A stretch of DNA of 64,000 nucleotides from Vitrella brassicaformis CCMP3155 (lineage: Eukaryota; Protista; Chromerida). The position numbers and the translations under genes are program-made. Below the pieces are notes generated by a model. It was not told where the DNA came from and ran no database searches. It saw only the letters and a list, made by a program, of their open reading frames with translations. Positions 12,055-23,511 of the stretch are shown here, one piece after another. Every line of letters starts with the position of its first letter. Positions within the stretch are counted from its first letter, which is position 1. The stretch is from contig CDMY01000252.1 of the NCBI GenBank assembly GCA_001179505.1, positions 62,001-126,000 of the forward strand, written 5' to 3'.

Positions 12055-12744
12055 ATGATGTCATCAGCAACGTCTGTAATCTTCAAGCGCCGCCCTTCGT
12101 CCATCCCGGCATCTGGCTGTCGGCCCTTCGCAACATCAGCAGCAGCGGCGAATCTGCCGGCGCCGGGCTCATGGCGAGTGTTCCGCAAGCGCTTCGAAGG
12201 CCGGTGGCTGCGCATGAAGGCCCCCTACACCGTCAGCGGCCCGCCAGTGTGGAACCAGAACCAGCTGGGATACAAGAGAATGGCCCGCAAGTACCCCTAC
12301 TTCAAGCAGAGAGCATTCAGCCCGCTCTACATCGTCACCGACTACAACCCTGCTAAGGGCGTCGTGAGCAACGATGAGCTGATTGTGTCGTATACGCTTG
12401 ACAGTGGGCGTGAGTTTCACCGTGTCAAGGAGGCGATAGAGGGTGCTTTGCCGGGGGTGATGGTGACCGGCGAGGGGCGGGAGAGCCGCGGGGGCGGTGC
12501 GGGGGTGTTTGAGGTGAGGCGGCGAAGAGATGGGCAGGTGCTGTATGCCTCGCAGTCCATGAGTAAGTAGGCCGACAGACAGACGCGAACATTTGGCACA
12601 TACGTGTTGTTGATAACACTATCTCTCTCTCTGTGCGTGTGTGTGTGTGTGTGCGTGTGTGCGTCAGCTGAGCTGGATCCTTCATCTGTGGTCAAGACCC
12701 TAGTGTCGCACTTCAGGCACACGCAGACAGCTACTGTGGCATGA
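12055..12744 (+). CDS. Probably mitochondrion-targeted basic protein with a C-terminal Rdx/SelW-like thioredoxin-fold domain lacking CxxC/U; intron ~12564-12667
   Basis: Arg/Ser-rich acid-free leader, then ELIVSYTLDSGREFHRVKEAIEGALPGVMVTGEG...GVFEVRRRRDGQVLYASQSM|TELDPSSVVKTLVSHF, which resembles the Rdx pattern by eye. Confidence 0.6.
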
Positions 12745-13048
12745 CGTGGCGCCTCTCTTCACACGACGTGCTGTACTTGTGACGATGTGGCATGTGGGTG
12801 GCGGACAGCAGACAGAGAGAGAGAGAGAGAGAGAGACAGGTGCCTGAGTGGTTTTTCTGTCCCTGAGGTGTTGTATATGTACGCGAATGGTGGACGGATG
12901 TCAACGAGTGGATAAAGGTCTTGTGACACACGCTCTAGCTGACTGATCGGCTGCTCCATTCCTCACACCCTCAACTCGACACATATCGTTACAATGCCCT
13001 ATAGTAAGGTGGTTGAACGAACCCTCACCACTCACCCATCAATGAGTG

Positions 13049-13398
13049 TCACACCTGCGATGGCCCATCCTTGGCCTTCTCGTCTGGCAATGGCGGAGAG
13101 GGGTGGGCCGGCGGACTTTCATGAGGGTCATCGCGAGAGATGAGAGAAGAGGCCTGAATACCCAAAGAGGCAGGCAGGCAAGGTAAGAGACCTTCTTTCT
13201 TTCCATTTGCCGGCATGTATGTAACCTTTCTCGATGTTTGTCTCTGGTCGGTCCTCCGTCTGCCGCCAAACCCAGCTGCATAAGCTGTCGACGCGCGGGA
13301 CACCTTTCTCGGGGAGAAACCCACTAACCACACGTACGCACATCGCTATAGTTGCCTGACTCATGCCCTTCTATTGCTCAATCTCTCTCTCTCTCTCC

Positions 13399-13432
<34 letters not shown>

Positions 13433-14175
13433 CAGTTGCCGGTCCGTGTGGCGACGGGGGTGCGGTACTTGAGGGCGTGGACCGCTCGAATGCCCCCCTC
13501 AGCCGCTGCTGCAGCCTCTGAATGCGGTCCTGCTGGTCGGCAGCGTACTGATCGACCTGCATGTAAGACGGAGGGATGGATAGGAGACATCGGTGAGAAT
13601 GTGACTGACGTGTGATTTGACGTGGGGGTGTGTACCTCGACGTCAATGATGAAGTCGCCGACCACATAGAGACCCAGATAACTGAAGACAGTTGCCAGCA
13701 GGTGCCGCATCCACATATGTGTCTCTGTGTGAGTGCCTCACTCACCCGAGAAAGACAAGGAAGTAGAGCGCCGCGCAGACACCAATGGTGAAGTACTGGT
13801 CCTCAGCCAAGCTCTGGAACATCCTCGACGCCGTCCTCGGCCACAGCTTCCCGCGCCGCACCCCGCCGTCCTCTCTCTTCTGCACCAGCACATCCGCCAG
13901 CAGCATCGTCACCACCAGCACCACCAGGCCGTTCTCCAGCCAGTGCAACACATACGCGCCCCGCAGACATAGAGCCCCGCCACTGCAGTGAGGCAGGCGA
14001 AGGAGCCCCACAGGTAGCAGAGGATCTCGTAGAGGAGAGAAGAGGCGTCGAAGTTGGCCGCGAGTATGGTGAGGACGCCGTAGACCATGGGGAGGGAGAA
14101 GACGAGGGCAGCGACGGGGGGGCGCCACCACGGAGGGGCGAGGGGCGACTCTCTGGGGCGGCAGAAACACCCCAT
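13049..14175 (-). CDS. Multi-pass membrane protein (5 exons) with an apparent 1-nt frameshift near 13965
   Basis: The hydrophobic N-terminal frame (...GSFACLTAVAGLYV) and the downstream frame (LRGAYVLHWLENGLVVLVVTMLL...) join if one C is restored. Four canonical introns lead to the stop at 13049. Confidence 0.55.
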
Positions 14176-14427
14176 TGGTCATTCATGCCACGGAGAGCAT
14201 GGACGGCTGACTGGATGGATGGATGGATGGAAGCCACACAAGGAAGGGAGCGATAAGGGTTCCGAATCGGGTTTGTGTGCTCAGAGTGCACTCGTCAAAC
14301 GACGTCAGAAGAGCGTCCCGCTGGCGTCTCAGGAGAAGGCAGTCTCACAGTTGGGGGCCGCCCCCACACCGGCTGTTCGGACTCTCAGGCTAACTCCGAG
14401 TCGGCAAGCAATTCCTCCTAGTTGAAT

Positions 14428-15129
14428 ATGACATCAGCCCCTCAGCCCGACGGGCCTTAGCCCGTGCAGCAGTTCGGGAAAGAGCAGAAAGTGCACCCCA
14501 AGCAGGCAGTGGCAGTGGCTGAGCCACTTGGACTTGCGCGTCAGACTTGCGCCAAAGGACACGATTTCGAAAAGAAGATCGATCGGTTTGAATTCTGCCT
14601 GTGTTGCTGGCTCTGTTGTAAGGCCCCACCCACGCGCACAACACAGATTCTGAAGTTTAAGGTTGTGGATGCGCGTCACTGCATCATATCATACACAGGT
14701 TATCTCCCCAAGTATTTCCCCGGTGAATGGCGTTGCAAAAACTGCGGGCGATTCTGGTCATTCGAGCTAGAGGCTGCAGAGCAGGTACAGCAGCAAGAAC
14801 AGCCCCAGCAGCAGGACATGCACCAAGTGCCTCACTGGATGCCCCCTGGCGCGTCTCCCTGTGCTGACGGCCACGACTTCAAAAAGGAGACGCCCGACTT
14901 GTGTTGCTACTGCCTATGAAAGAGCCTAGATCTCCTATGTATTTACCTTGCTTTTGGTGGACTTGAAACACCGGGTACGCAGCGAAGCCCCACAAACAGA
15001 AGCTGAAGGTTCTAAGGACGCATTTCTGGATGTCTAGAAACAAACGTATGTGTCTCTGCAGGTACCTGGGTGTGCAAGAAGTGCGAGATGATAGTAACTG
15101 ACACCGAGCCATCAAGCAACAGTCAGTAG
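14428..15129 (+). pseudogene. Two-repeat Cys-rich BRI3/LITAF-like protein with in-frame TAG (14458-60) and TGA (14917-19); introns 14618-14698 and 14975-15061
   Basis: Spliced repeats CAKGHDF...CLCCWLCCYLPKYFPGEWRCKNC and CADGHDF...LCCYCL*KSLDLLCIYLAFGGLETPGTWVCKKC. Both introns are canonical and restore the repeat alignment. Confidence 0.65.
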
Positions 15130-15692
15130 TATCAGATTGGCCTGTAGCCTGTCGCTTGTCGGCCTGCCTAAGAGGGCTGGCTGTTAGTCATATATCCGCG
15201 TGGATGCACGCTGCCCATGCCGGTAGACTCTCTCTGTCTCTGTACAGTACGTGTCTGTCTATTTTTCGTTACTGATGTATACTTATTCGCATCGAGGAGG
15301 CGACGACACGATATCTCTATATATGCCTTGCCTGGCGTCGATTGGACTGCACTTCATGTCCGTCTCTTGCTTCAAAGCAAGCAACAAGCCCAGATGCAAT
15401 TAGTGCACATCTTTCGTGCCGTCTCGAGTCTCTTTTGGTTGTCGGTGTGTGCGCGGTGCTCGGCCTGCCGACACACGTGGTCTGTTTGTGTATTCGTGAC
15501 TGTACAGACACATTTTTGATGTGCGTATGTACAGACACCGATTCTGTGTGAATGGTGCCTTTCCATTCCGTTTGCCTTCGTTGAACCATCCTCGCAAAGA
15601 CGTGACGACAGGTGTTCGGGCAGCTGCAGGCATGCAATAGCGTCATGTCACGCAATAGCATCACACGATCGCCAGCTCGCTCCCTTCTCCGT

Positions 15693-18600
15693 TCACTGTC
15701 GGCCCCGTTTAGTCATCCCCACTTCCCGCTGAAACACACACTGAACACGCATGCCTGTGCGCTGCATCACATCATTTAGGCTTGCATTCGGTTCAACTCC
15801 CTCCCCAGAAAGTCCAACACCGGGGTCTTCCGCTCCAAATTCAGTGCTTGTTTCAGCTCTCTGCTGATCCTGTCCTTCCGGCTGCTGCGCGAGAAGACGC
15901 TGAAGGCACACAAACACGCACATGCACTGATCAACTTTCCTGGTACGCATCTTCACACCTGTCAATCTCCTCGCGACCGCTTGGAAGGCTTGCCGACTTG
16001 TGCGCTTGGCTTCAGCCGAGGGGTGCTTCGCCATCTGTCTGCTGGCGGGGGCACAGGCAGCAGGACTCTCAACAGACGGCTGAAGGGAGACATACAACAG
16101 TTCAATCATAATGATCGATTGCTAATCGTCGATATCGTCGATAAGCGCACGTTTGGTTGCCGCCTGCTTTCTTGGTTGAATGGTAGCGAGGCTGGTCTCG
16201 TGACTGGCTGGCACCTCCCCAATGAAGAAACACACAGATGCACATCTCTCTATTTGTCCCGCATAGCTGGCCAGTAAGACACACGTGTTACCTCGCAGTC
16301 GACTGGCGTTGGCCGCTGCCTGAGAAGGTATCCGATTCGCTGGCACAGAGCACACAGACGGAGAAGGCTGCCTACCATCTTTTCGGACTTGTGCCTGCCC
16401 GGGTCTGCTCTCAGCCGCCTCAGATGCGCTCTTACCATTTCCAGCCACCTTTGCCTTAGGTGGCGCAGGAGCCACCTGCGGAGCCGAGGAGGTCTTGGCC
16501 GACTCCTTCGAGATCGCCTTGGTCGCCTTGGTCGCCTGTCTACTGATGGCTTTCTCGGCAGGGGCATGAGAGCTCTCACCCCCAACCGGCGACTGAAGAA
16601 GAGACACACAGATACGGCACAGAGGAGAGACGTATGTATGTGTGCGCGTCTGTATGCACTAATCCACACCTTTGTCAAAGCCTCCCTCGTCCCCTGCCTG
16701 ATGCCAGGTGTGCGACCACAAACTAATGGAAGAGACACATACCCACCCATTCATCGCATAGTGAACCACTCCCATGTGCATACGGCGTGTCGGCTTTGCT
16801 GCAGTCGTTTTGCCATGCGACAAATCAAAGCGACGCAGCTGCATCACATGGACAGACAGAGGGAAAGAGACCTGTGTCACGTGTTCTAGCCAGAATTTAT
16901 CCAAATTCACACATGCGCCCCGATGGCAGTGTCAGGCACCTGCTGCGGTCGTGTGGGTGCTGGCCGGTTCGTCTTGAGAACCGGAATCCTTTCTCTCTTC
17001 TGAGCACCGCTGCGACTGGCGTTCTTGTCATCTATCACCTCTGCCTTTCCCTCTCTCTTGCGGCGTCCGTCGTGGGGCGGCAGAAGGTTGGCCTTGATCT
17101 TACGTTCGAGCGAATCCTGATCGATACACATAGAAAGACAGACGGGATTGCACGGTAACTTTGCGAGAAGACCTCGTTCCAAGCCATTGGTCTCACCACT
17201 TTGGCAATGAGCTCACTCTGCACACATTCACACATGACTTGGAAATTGGCGGCTTGCGGTGCTCTCATGGTGAAGCACTGTACCCTTTCGCTGATCCACT
17301 TCATTTTCTCTTGCCTCAGCCGCAGGTTCTCCTCCAAGGCTTCTTGTATACTGTCGTCGGACAGCGCTTCCGTCGAGTTGGCGCGAGTTGATACGCAGCC
17401 CGTCTCGGCGTCGGCCACAGTCGGCTCGTTCTCCTTCTTGGCTGGCAGGGGAGTGGCAAGAAATGGGTGATCCAGAGCGTCTGCAGCTGCAGAGACATAC
17501 GTGCACAAAAAAGTGTAGATCACCGTCGGTGATCTGAGGGAGGATACCTGTAGGCATGCGATAACGGGGGTCATATGCGAGCATCCTTGAGGCCAAATCA
17601 GCTTCCTCCTTCATATACGCGCTCTCGCTATCGGAGAACAAAGTCTCCTGACAGATTAGCACAGCCAAAACCAGGGAGTGAGACATGTACTCGTTTACAT
17701 CTTCTATCGAATCACCTCACCCGCTGCAAAGCTGCCTTCGACTGTGCAAATGTCTGTCTCACAGACACGTCGAAGGGCATCTCTTGGCACAGAATGTGGT
17801 AAAACACGACCCCCGCTGCCCACACGTCCGTCTGTGGAGTGTACTGGCCAGCGTAGCACTCAGGGGCCTGCTCATATAACACACACGCCCACACACACAG
17901 CAGTTTTGATGAGAGAGAAACAAAGAGGTGATCGGCTCACCATGAATGCCCTTGTGCCGATAATCTTTGGCTTTCCGTCGACTTTGGGCAGGGGCCTGTC
18001 GAGAAACATGCAGACGTCGAAGTCGATCATCTTGAGACGCATGGCGTCCTTGCCAGCGAAGACAAAGTTGGAGAGCTTCACATCTCGATGCACAATCTAT
18101 AAGATGACATCCACAGACATGTACATGTGCCCCCAAGTATGTATGTGTCTGTCCTTTCGGCCGCCTACGTTGTGCGTGTGCAGATTTTGAACTGCTGACA
18201 GGACTTGCTTCATGACCTCCCTGATCCTCTCATTGCTGAGCACCTCTGTATGGCCCATGCGTTTCTGCCAGTCCTGCAAGGTAGGGCCCTGCAAACACTC
18301 AAAGACACGACATCCATCCACAAGAGCATGCGGCTCGTGTTTCGTGTGCTGACGTGTCCATACCCTCAGCTTCTCCATGACAATATAGATGTGTTCGTCG
18401 TCCTCGAGCAGCGCTTCTATGTCGACGAGATTGGGGGACCTGTTCGAGGCTAGCGCCTCGTAAACGTCTCGCAGGTGGCTCTCCTTTGTGAAGCCGAGAG
18501 CTCTGCGCTCGGGAGAGAAAGACAGAGAGGGACAGAGAAGCGCGTTGCGCACACGACGGGGGCAGAACCTGTGCAGCTTCGTTACTCACCCGATGCTCTC

Positions 18601-18817
18601 CTTGTCAATCTTCTTGATAATCATCTCCTCGCCCGTCTTGCGGCAGGTGGCCCTGAGAACCACTGCCGACCTGCAGCTCACAATGTCAGTTCACATTCCC
18701 TGCGAATCCACACCACGCATCTCGTGTTTCTGGTGTTGCTCACCGGGAGCTCTTCGCCACCTCGCCCCCGACAGTGTAGTACTCTTCTATGTTCTTCACG
18801 TGCTTGAAGGCCGCCAT
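15693..18817 (-). CDS. CAMK-like Ser/Thr protein kinase with DFD motif and a long low-complexity tail (3' end approximate)
   Basis: MIIKKIDK, HIYIVMEKL, IVHRDVKLSNF, KMIDFDVC, GTRAFMAPE, TDVWAAGVVFY and ALDHPFL across GT-AG exons. Confidence 0.85.
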
Positions 18818-19128
18818 TTCTTCTCTTTGATGTTCCTGGTGGTCCCGTCGAGAAACGGGGCCGTGAGACGCGTGCTTTCGAAAAAGGGTTTTCTCCTTCA
18901 GTGCCAACCGCCCACACGGCATCCCGTCCTCTACCTTCTTCTCCACGTGACAATGAGCCACCAGACTATCATTGTCACGAGAGTGCGGCGTTCAAGCACG
19001 TGAAGGACATCACCGAGTTCCCGGTGAGCAGCACCGGAAACACGATATGCGTGGTTCGGTTTATGCGATGGATGAAATGCAGGTCGGCAGTGGTGCTCGA
19101 GGGCCACTTGCCTGAAGACGGGCGAGGA
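18625..19128. repeat. Inverted repeat: kinase exon1-intron1-exon2 (18625-18817) versus a degenerate plus-strand copy (18985-19128)
   Basis: Plus-strand copy gcggcgttcaagcacgtgaaggacat...gtgagcagcaccggaaacacgatatgcgtggt...tgcaggtcggcagtggtgctcgagggccacttgcctgaagacgggcgagga matches the kinase coding strand, including the intron. Confidence 0.9.
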
Positions 19129-20803
19129 CAGCAGGAAGGTGCAGCGGTAGGCAAGAAGGACAGAGACACGGCGGGCGGCCCAGCAGCGACCCGACACCAC
19201 CAACGTCACCACTTTCGGGTCAGGGAGGATGGGTAGCCAGGGGCAGGACTGCACACACGGCAGGGGAGGCGTGTTGAAAAAGGCCGGCAGCGGCCCGGCC
19301 CGGGGTGGTGGTGGTCGTGAGTTGAGTCAGAATGTCTGTGGGGTGCGCATCGCGGGCGACGCCGACAAGGACGTACACCAGCAGGTCAGTCAGTAGTGAG
19401 TGAGTGGGAGAGCACCGCACCTGAAGACCTCTCACCCACCCCACCCAACATTGACCCGTGTGTGCCATGGCATGGTGTCGTGTCATTCATGGATGTGATT
19501 GATGCAGAGTGGGCGTGTGGGTGGGGCCAGTGAGCCATTCGAGCAAGCAACAAGCGGTCGAAGGCGTGCGTCTCAACCGAGGTGCACTGCTGAGAATGCG
19601 CGGATGGACACTCTCTCACAGGTCAGTTAGTCAGTCAGTTTTCCAGCAAGCAGCAACTGTCCCATCCACCCCACCCCCACACACGAGACAGACCAGCGGC
19701 CACTGATTGATTCCTGTCAGACTGTGGCTGCATGTCTGTGGCATCGGTTGGTTGTGTGTTATCCATGCCATGCAGGTGGCGGCAGGTCTTGGGACTCTTG
19801 GCCCAGTGGAGGACGTCGCGCCCCTCTCAGCCCCCTCTTGCCTCTCTCGCCCAAGTGCCCCCAGTCGCCCTGGCCCACTGGTGGCGTCCAAGGCCGACGG
19901 CAGCAAGATCAAGACCCAGACACAGCACAACAACGGCACGGCACGCGCCGCCAAGAGCACCACCAGCCAGCACACTCCATCCACAGCCACAGGGCCATCC
20001 ATCAAGCGCAGCACAGCCAGGTCCGCCGCCTCTCGTGGCAACCGTGTGGGCGTGCTGCCGGCTTTGGAGGCGAGCAACACAATAGCGAACAACCTCGACC
20101 TCACATCTCCCAAGGACCGGTGAGTGAGGAGGAAAAAGCAGAGACCGCGGCCTCTCATCTTCCCGCACTTTCTTTCTCTGTTCGTTCTTACTGGCCAGTA
20201 GGGTTTCGACGGCTCAGAAGTCCGCCGGTCGTCTCGGTCAGATCGCCGGCAGCAGCCGCCCCGCCCAACCCAAGACTTCCCTGCTGCACGTGCAGCGCCT
20301 CGGCTGGTCTCCTGGCGGGAGGAGTGTGGCGATGCCGGCAAAGGGGCCAAAAAGGGCGGCAAAGGCCAACCTGAGCGACACACTCATGGCCTCGAAGGAC
20401 AAGAGCTGCAGAAGGCCAACCTTTTCTGTGTGTCTCCTTCAGGCCAATCTGCGGGGAGACATGACATCGGTTGAGGGTATCGGCGGCGGCCCTGCCGTCA
20501 CAGAGGGGGAGGACGGTCCAGCCGAGCCCACGACCCTGTGTCGACCGCTGCCTACATTTTATATCTTGTGCTTTCTTTCTCTCTTCCCGAACGTTGTAAG
20601 TCTCAATCTGCACGGATTAATCAGTTCACGGCTGCCCATGTAGGAGCACGCCGAGATGCGTGGCCTGGATGACCAGGAGGTGTGTGTGTGTGTAAAGGTC
20701 AGAGAGACATGGCTGGCAGAGACACCAGGAACAAGGAGGCGGAGGGAGGGAGGCGAGAAAACTTTGTGTTTGTACGTCAGCGCACGGTGCCCAAGGTCCT
20801 GAT
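18985..20803 (+). other. Spliced low-complexity locus beginning with the degenerate kinase-derived exons (pseudogene or hypothetical gene)
   Basis: A chain of plausible GT/AG-bounded exons (e.g. 19776-20120 VAAGLGTLGPVEDV...TSPKDR). No recognisable domain. Confidence 0.3.
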
Positions 20804-21331
20804 ACACACAAGTGAAAGACGCTGACAGCGAAAGCAGCGGATGAGACGCAGATCAATATTGTGATGACGCCCTTTTGTCTATCTCTTTCATCAGCTGAGC
20901 CTCATCGGTTCACGGAGGACAGAACTGCTTGCCCAACGTCTTTCTCCATTTCAGATCTGGTGTGCAGACAACTCTCTCTCTCCCTCTTGCGTGCACATAC
21001 ACAGCGACATTCAAAACACACTAGGGATGCGGGATGACGCAGTGAACATTCAATCACAAGGCATGAGCGTCACAGATCCATCGCCCCCTCCAGGCTTAGC
21101 AAAGTGAGAGACACATACGAGAAAGAAAGAGGTCCCTCCCCCAGAACTTGTCCGTTGTGTCAACTAGCTAGCTGGCGAGTAGGCTCTTTCCAGCCTCTCC
21201 ATACACCACACAAGGCATGCAGCCACCCATCGACCCACCCACCAGTCACCATAGACCCACAGCGACGAATTGCTTTGCTACAGTCACCAAAGGACAACAG
21301 GTCCCCTCCCCCTCCCGACACAAGGGACGCG

Positions 21332-22986
21332 CTACATGCCTGACTTGCGCTTGCTTGACTTATGTGACCCTCCCGTCCTCTCCCTCTTGACCCGGCTGCC
21401 GCCGTGCGACGAACGAGACGGCCGCTCAGATACTGCACACAACACAACACAACACAAACGCCCATCAACCGTATGATCATGACGAGCGACTTTCCGCCAT
21501 CTGCCTGTCTGTGTGCGTACCGTTGGTGTATCCCGTGGTCTCCGCCTCGGCGTGTGAGGGCATCCCTGGCGGCGCCGGGGTGCCCGCTCCTGACCGGCCG
21601 CCCGCCTTGCCCTGCTTCTTGATGCAGTCGGGGCAGAACCACTCCTCGGGCAGAGGCACGTCGGGGGACAGGTTCTGACGTGAGAGAGAGTCAACACACA
21701 CAGCCAAGAGTCATGTGTGGTCTACCTACCCACCCTTCGAGCCGCCCCCTGTCTCACTCACCACGCAGACATCGTGGAACCACCTGCCGCATGGCCCGTC
21801 GCAGCCGACCATGTTTTGGCTGCTGGTGTGGGACACCTGCCCGCATACCGGACACACGTCAGCAGCCGTCTCCTGCTGCGCCACCCCGCCCTCCACGGGC
21901 AGCCCCTCCTCGCCAGGTGCCAGCGGCACCTCCGTCTTGACCTGCACCTGAGCCGCCGCAGCAGTAGCCGCCTGAGCCCTGCCCTTGCGCGACTGCTGGG
22001 AGTTGGTGTTGAGGGGCTTATCGTCGTCATCGAGGAGAGGAGGGAAGGGGCTGCCCGGCGGGGGCTCGATGCCTGGCGGAGGGGGCGCCAGGAACGACGA
22101 CGCACCTGAAGCGAGATCCGGTCAGATAGGTATATGCAGTGAGTGTTTAGGTGAGTGAGAGCATGGAGATATGCTGTGTCGTGTTGGTACCGGCAGCACT
22201 GGCGGCGCCCACGCCCGCCAGCTGCTTGGATCTCTTGCTTGGTCTCGGCTTGGCGCGTTTGTGTGCCGGCCCGTCCACATCGCCCGCCACGCTGCTCCCG
22301 CCGCCACCCACACTGCCACCCGCCGCACCAGCCACCAGGGATGCAACCTGACCGAACCATCGACCACACGGACAGATGTGTGAGGGTCTGCACAAAGATC
22401 GTGTTCCTGTGTGCCGTGTTGGTCAGGTACTGACCTCGTCTCTCTCCCTCTTGACTCCCTCCAGCGGCAGCATGCCCTCCTCTGGAGGTGCCTGCCGCCA
22501 CTGCCCCAGCTCACGGTTGATGTTCTTCAACTTGTTTTGGTAGAAGTGCAGCAGACTCGCCATCTTCTCGACCACGCGCAGCTTCTCCTCCTGGTGCGCC
22601 CGCTTGGTCATCTGCAACTCAGCGATGCGGCTGAGATCTTCTTGCCGAAACGCTTGCCCCGTCTGATCCAAGTCACGCTTGGCGCGGCTCTTGTCGTCCT
22701 TTGTGTAGTCGCGGAGGGCGCTGAGGTACTCGTTCTGGGCCGTTTCCAGCTGGTTGTTGACGATGTTGGCCTTGCGGTCAAGGTCTCTCACAAGCGCCAG
22801 GTTGCGCGTGATCCAGCCTGACACACAGCAAGAAGTGAATCCACAGCACATGTGTGTGTGTGTGTGGGATGGGTCGTCTGGACTGGCACGTGCAGGCACA
22901 CCCTCACCTGGCAGCGGCGCCAGCTCCTCGATGAAGTTCTCATAGAGGTCTTGGGCTTCGTTCTGCGTTGCCGGCGACGAATACAT
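21332..22986 (-). CDS. ING-family protein (N-terminal ING helical domain + C-terminal PHD finger)
   Basis: LYENFIEELAPLPGWITRNLALVRDLD ING-type start; PHD CPVCGQVS...NMVGCDGPCGRWFHDVCV|NLSPDVPLPEEWFCPDC. Confidence 0.85.
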
Positions 22987-23058
22987 CGCTGCAAACTGAT
23001 GAAACGCTTTAGATATGCAGCGGGGGAAGCGTTGGAAAGGAGAAGCTCTCTGCAAGCC

Positions 23059-23067
23059 AAGCTCGCA
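23059..23067 (+). promoter_or_regulatory. AAGCTCGCA candidate promoter element
   Basis: Exact 9-mer ~70 nt upstream of the ING ATG (22986). Confidence 0.55.
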
Positions 23068-23511
23068 GCTTGTCGCGAAAAAAACAGGAAAGAGTCCATG
23101 GTGATTTGGTGCACTTGTTGCCCCGGTTGCCAGTGTTGCCCTTTCTCGCCTCATGCAGCAAGCGTCACGAATCGAGTGCGCGATGGTCAGTCGTGTTTGA
23201 ATGACGAGAGAGGCTCACGCAAAGCAGAGAGGCTACTCAAGTACAGTACTCGCATCATGATTGTTCTGTCATCATTCTCCCTTGGCGAAGTCGGGCGGCC
23301 TGCTGCATGAACTGAATGAAACAAGTCAGTCAATAAACTGAGAGATGGATGGATGGTTCCAATCTCGTTCTTCCAGTCATGCGTGTATGCATATGGACCT
23401 CAATGGTCACCCCATATTACGTATAGGAGAAATGCACCAACCCGCCCACGTCACAGAACCGTACAACCCGCCCACCCACCCGCCCGCCCACACAAACAAC
23501 CATCAAGTCAG

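Noticed and set aside
12385-12410. Selenoprotein call for the Rdx-like gene
   Set aside because: No TGA or Cys at the CxxU position (tat acg ctt gac agt).
2026-14919. Stop-codon reassignment (TAG/TGA as sense) explaining the in-frame stops
   Set aside because: Long conserved genes in the window (rpe, AGPS, ORP, seipin) have no internal stops and terminate normally at TAG or TGA. The lesions are confined to lineage-specific genes.
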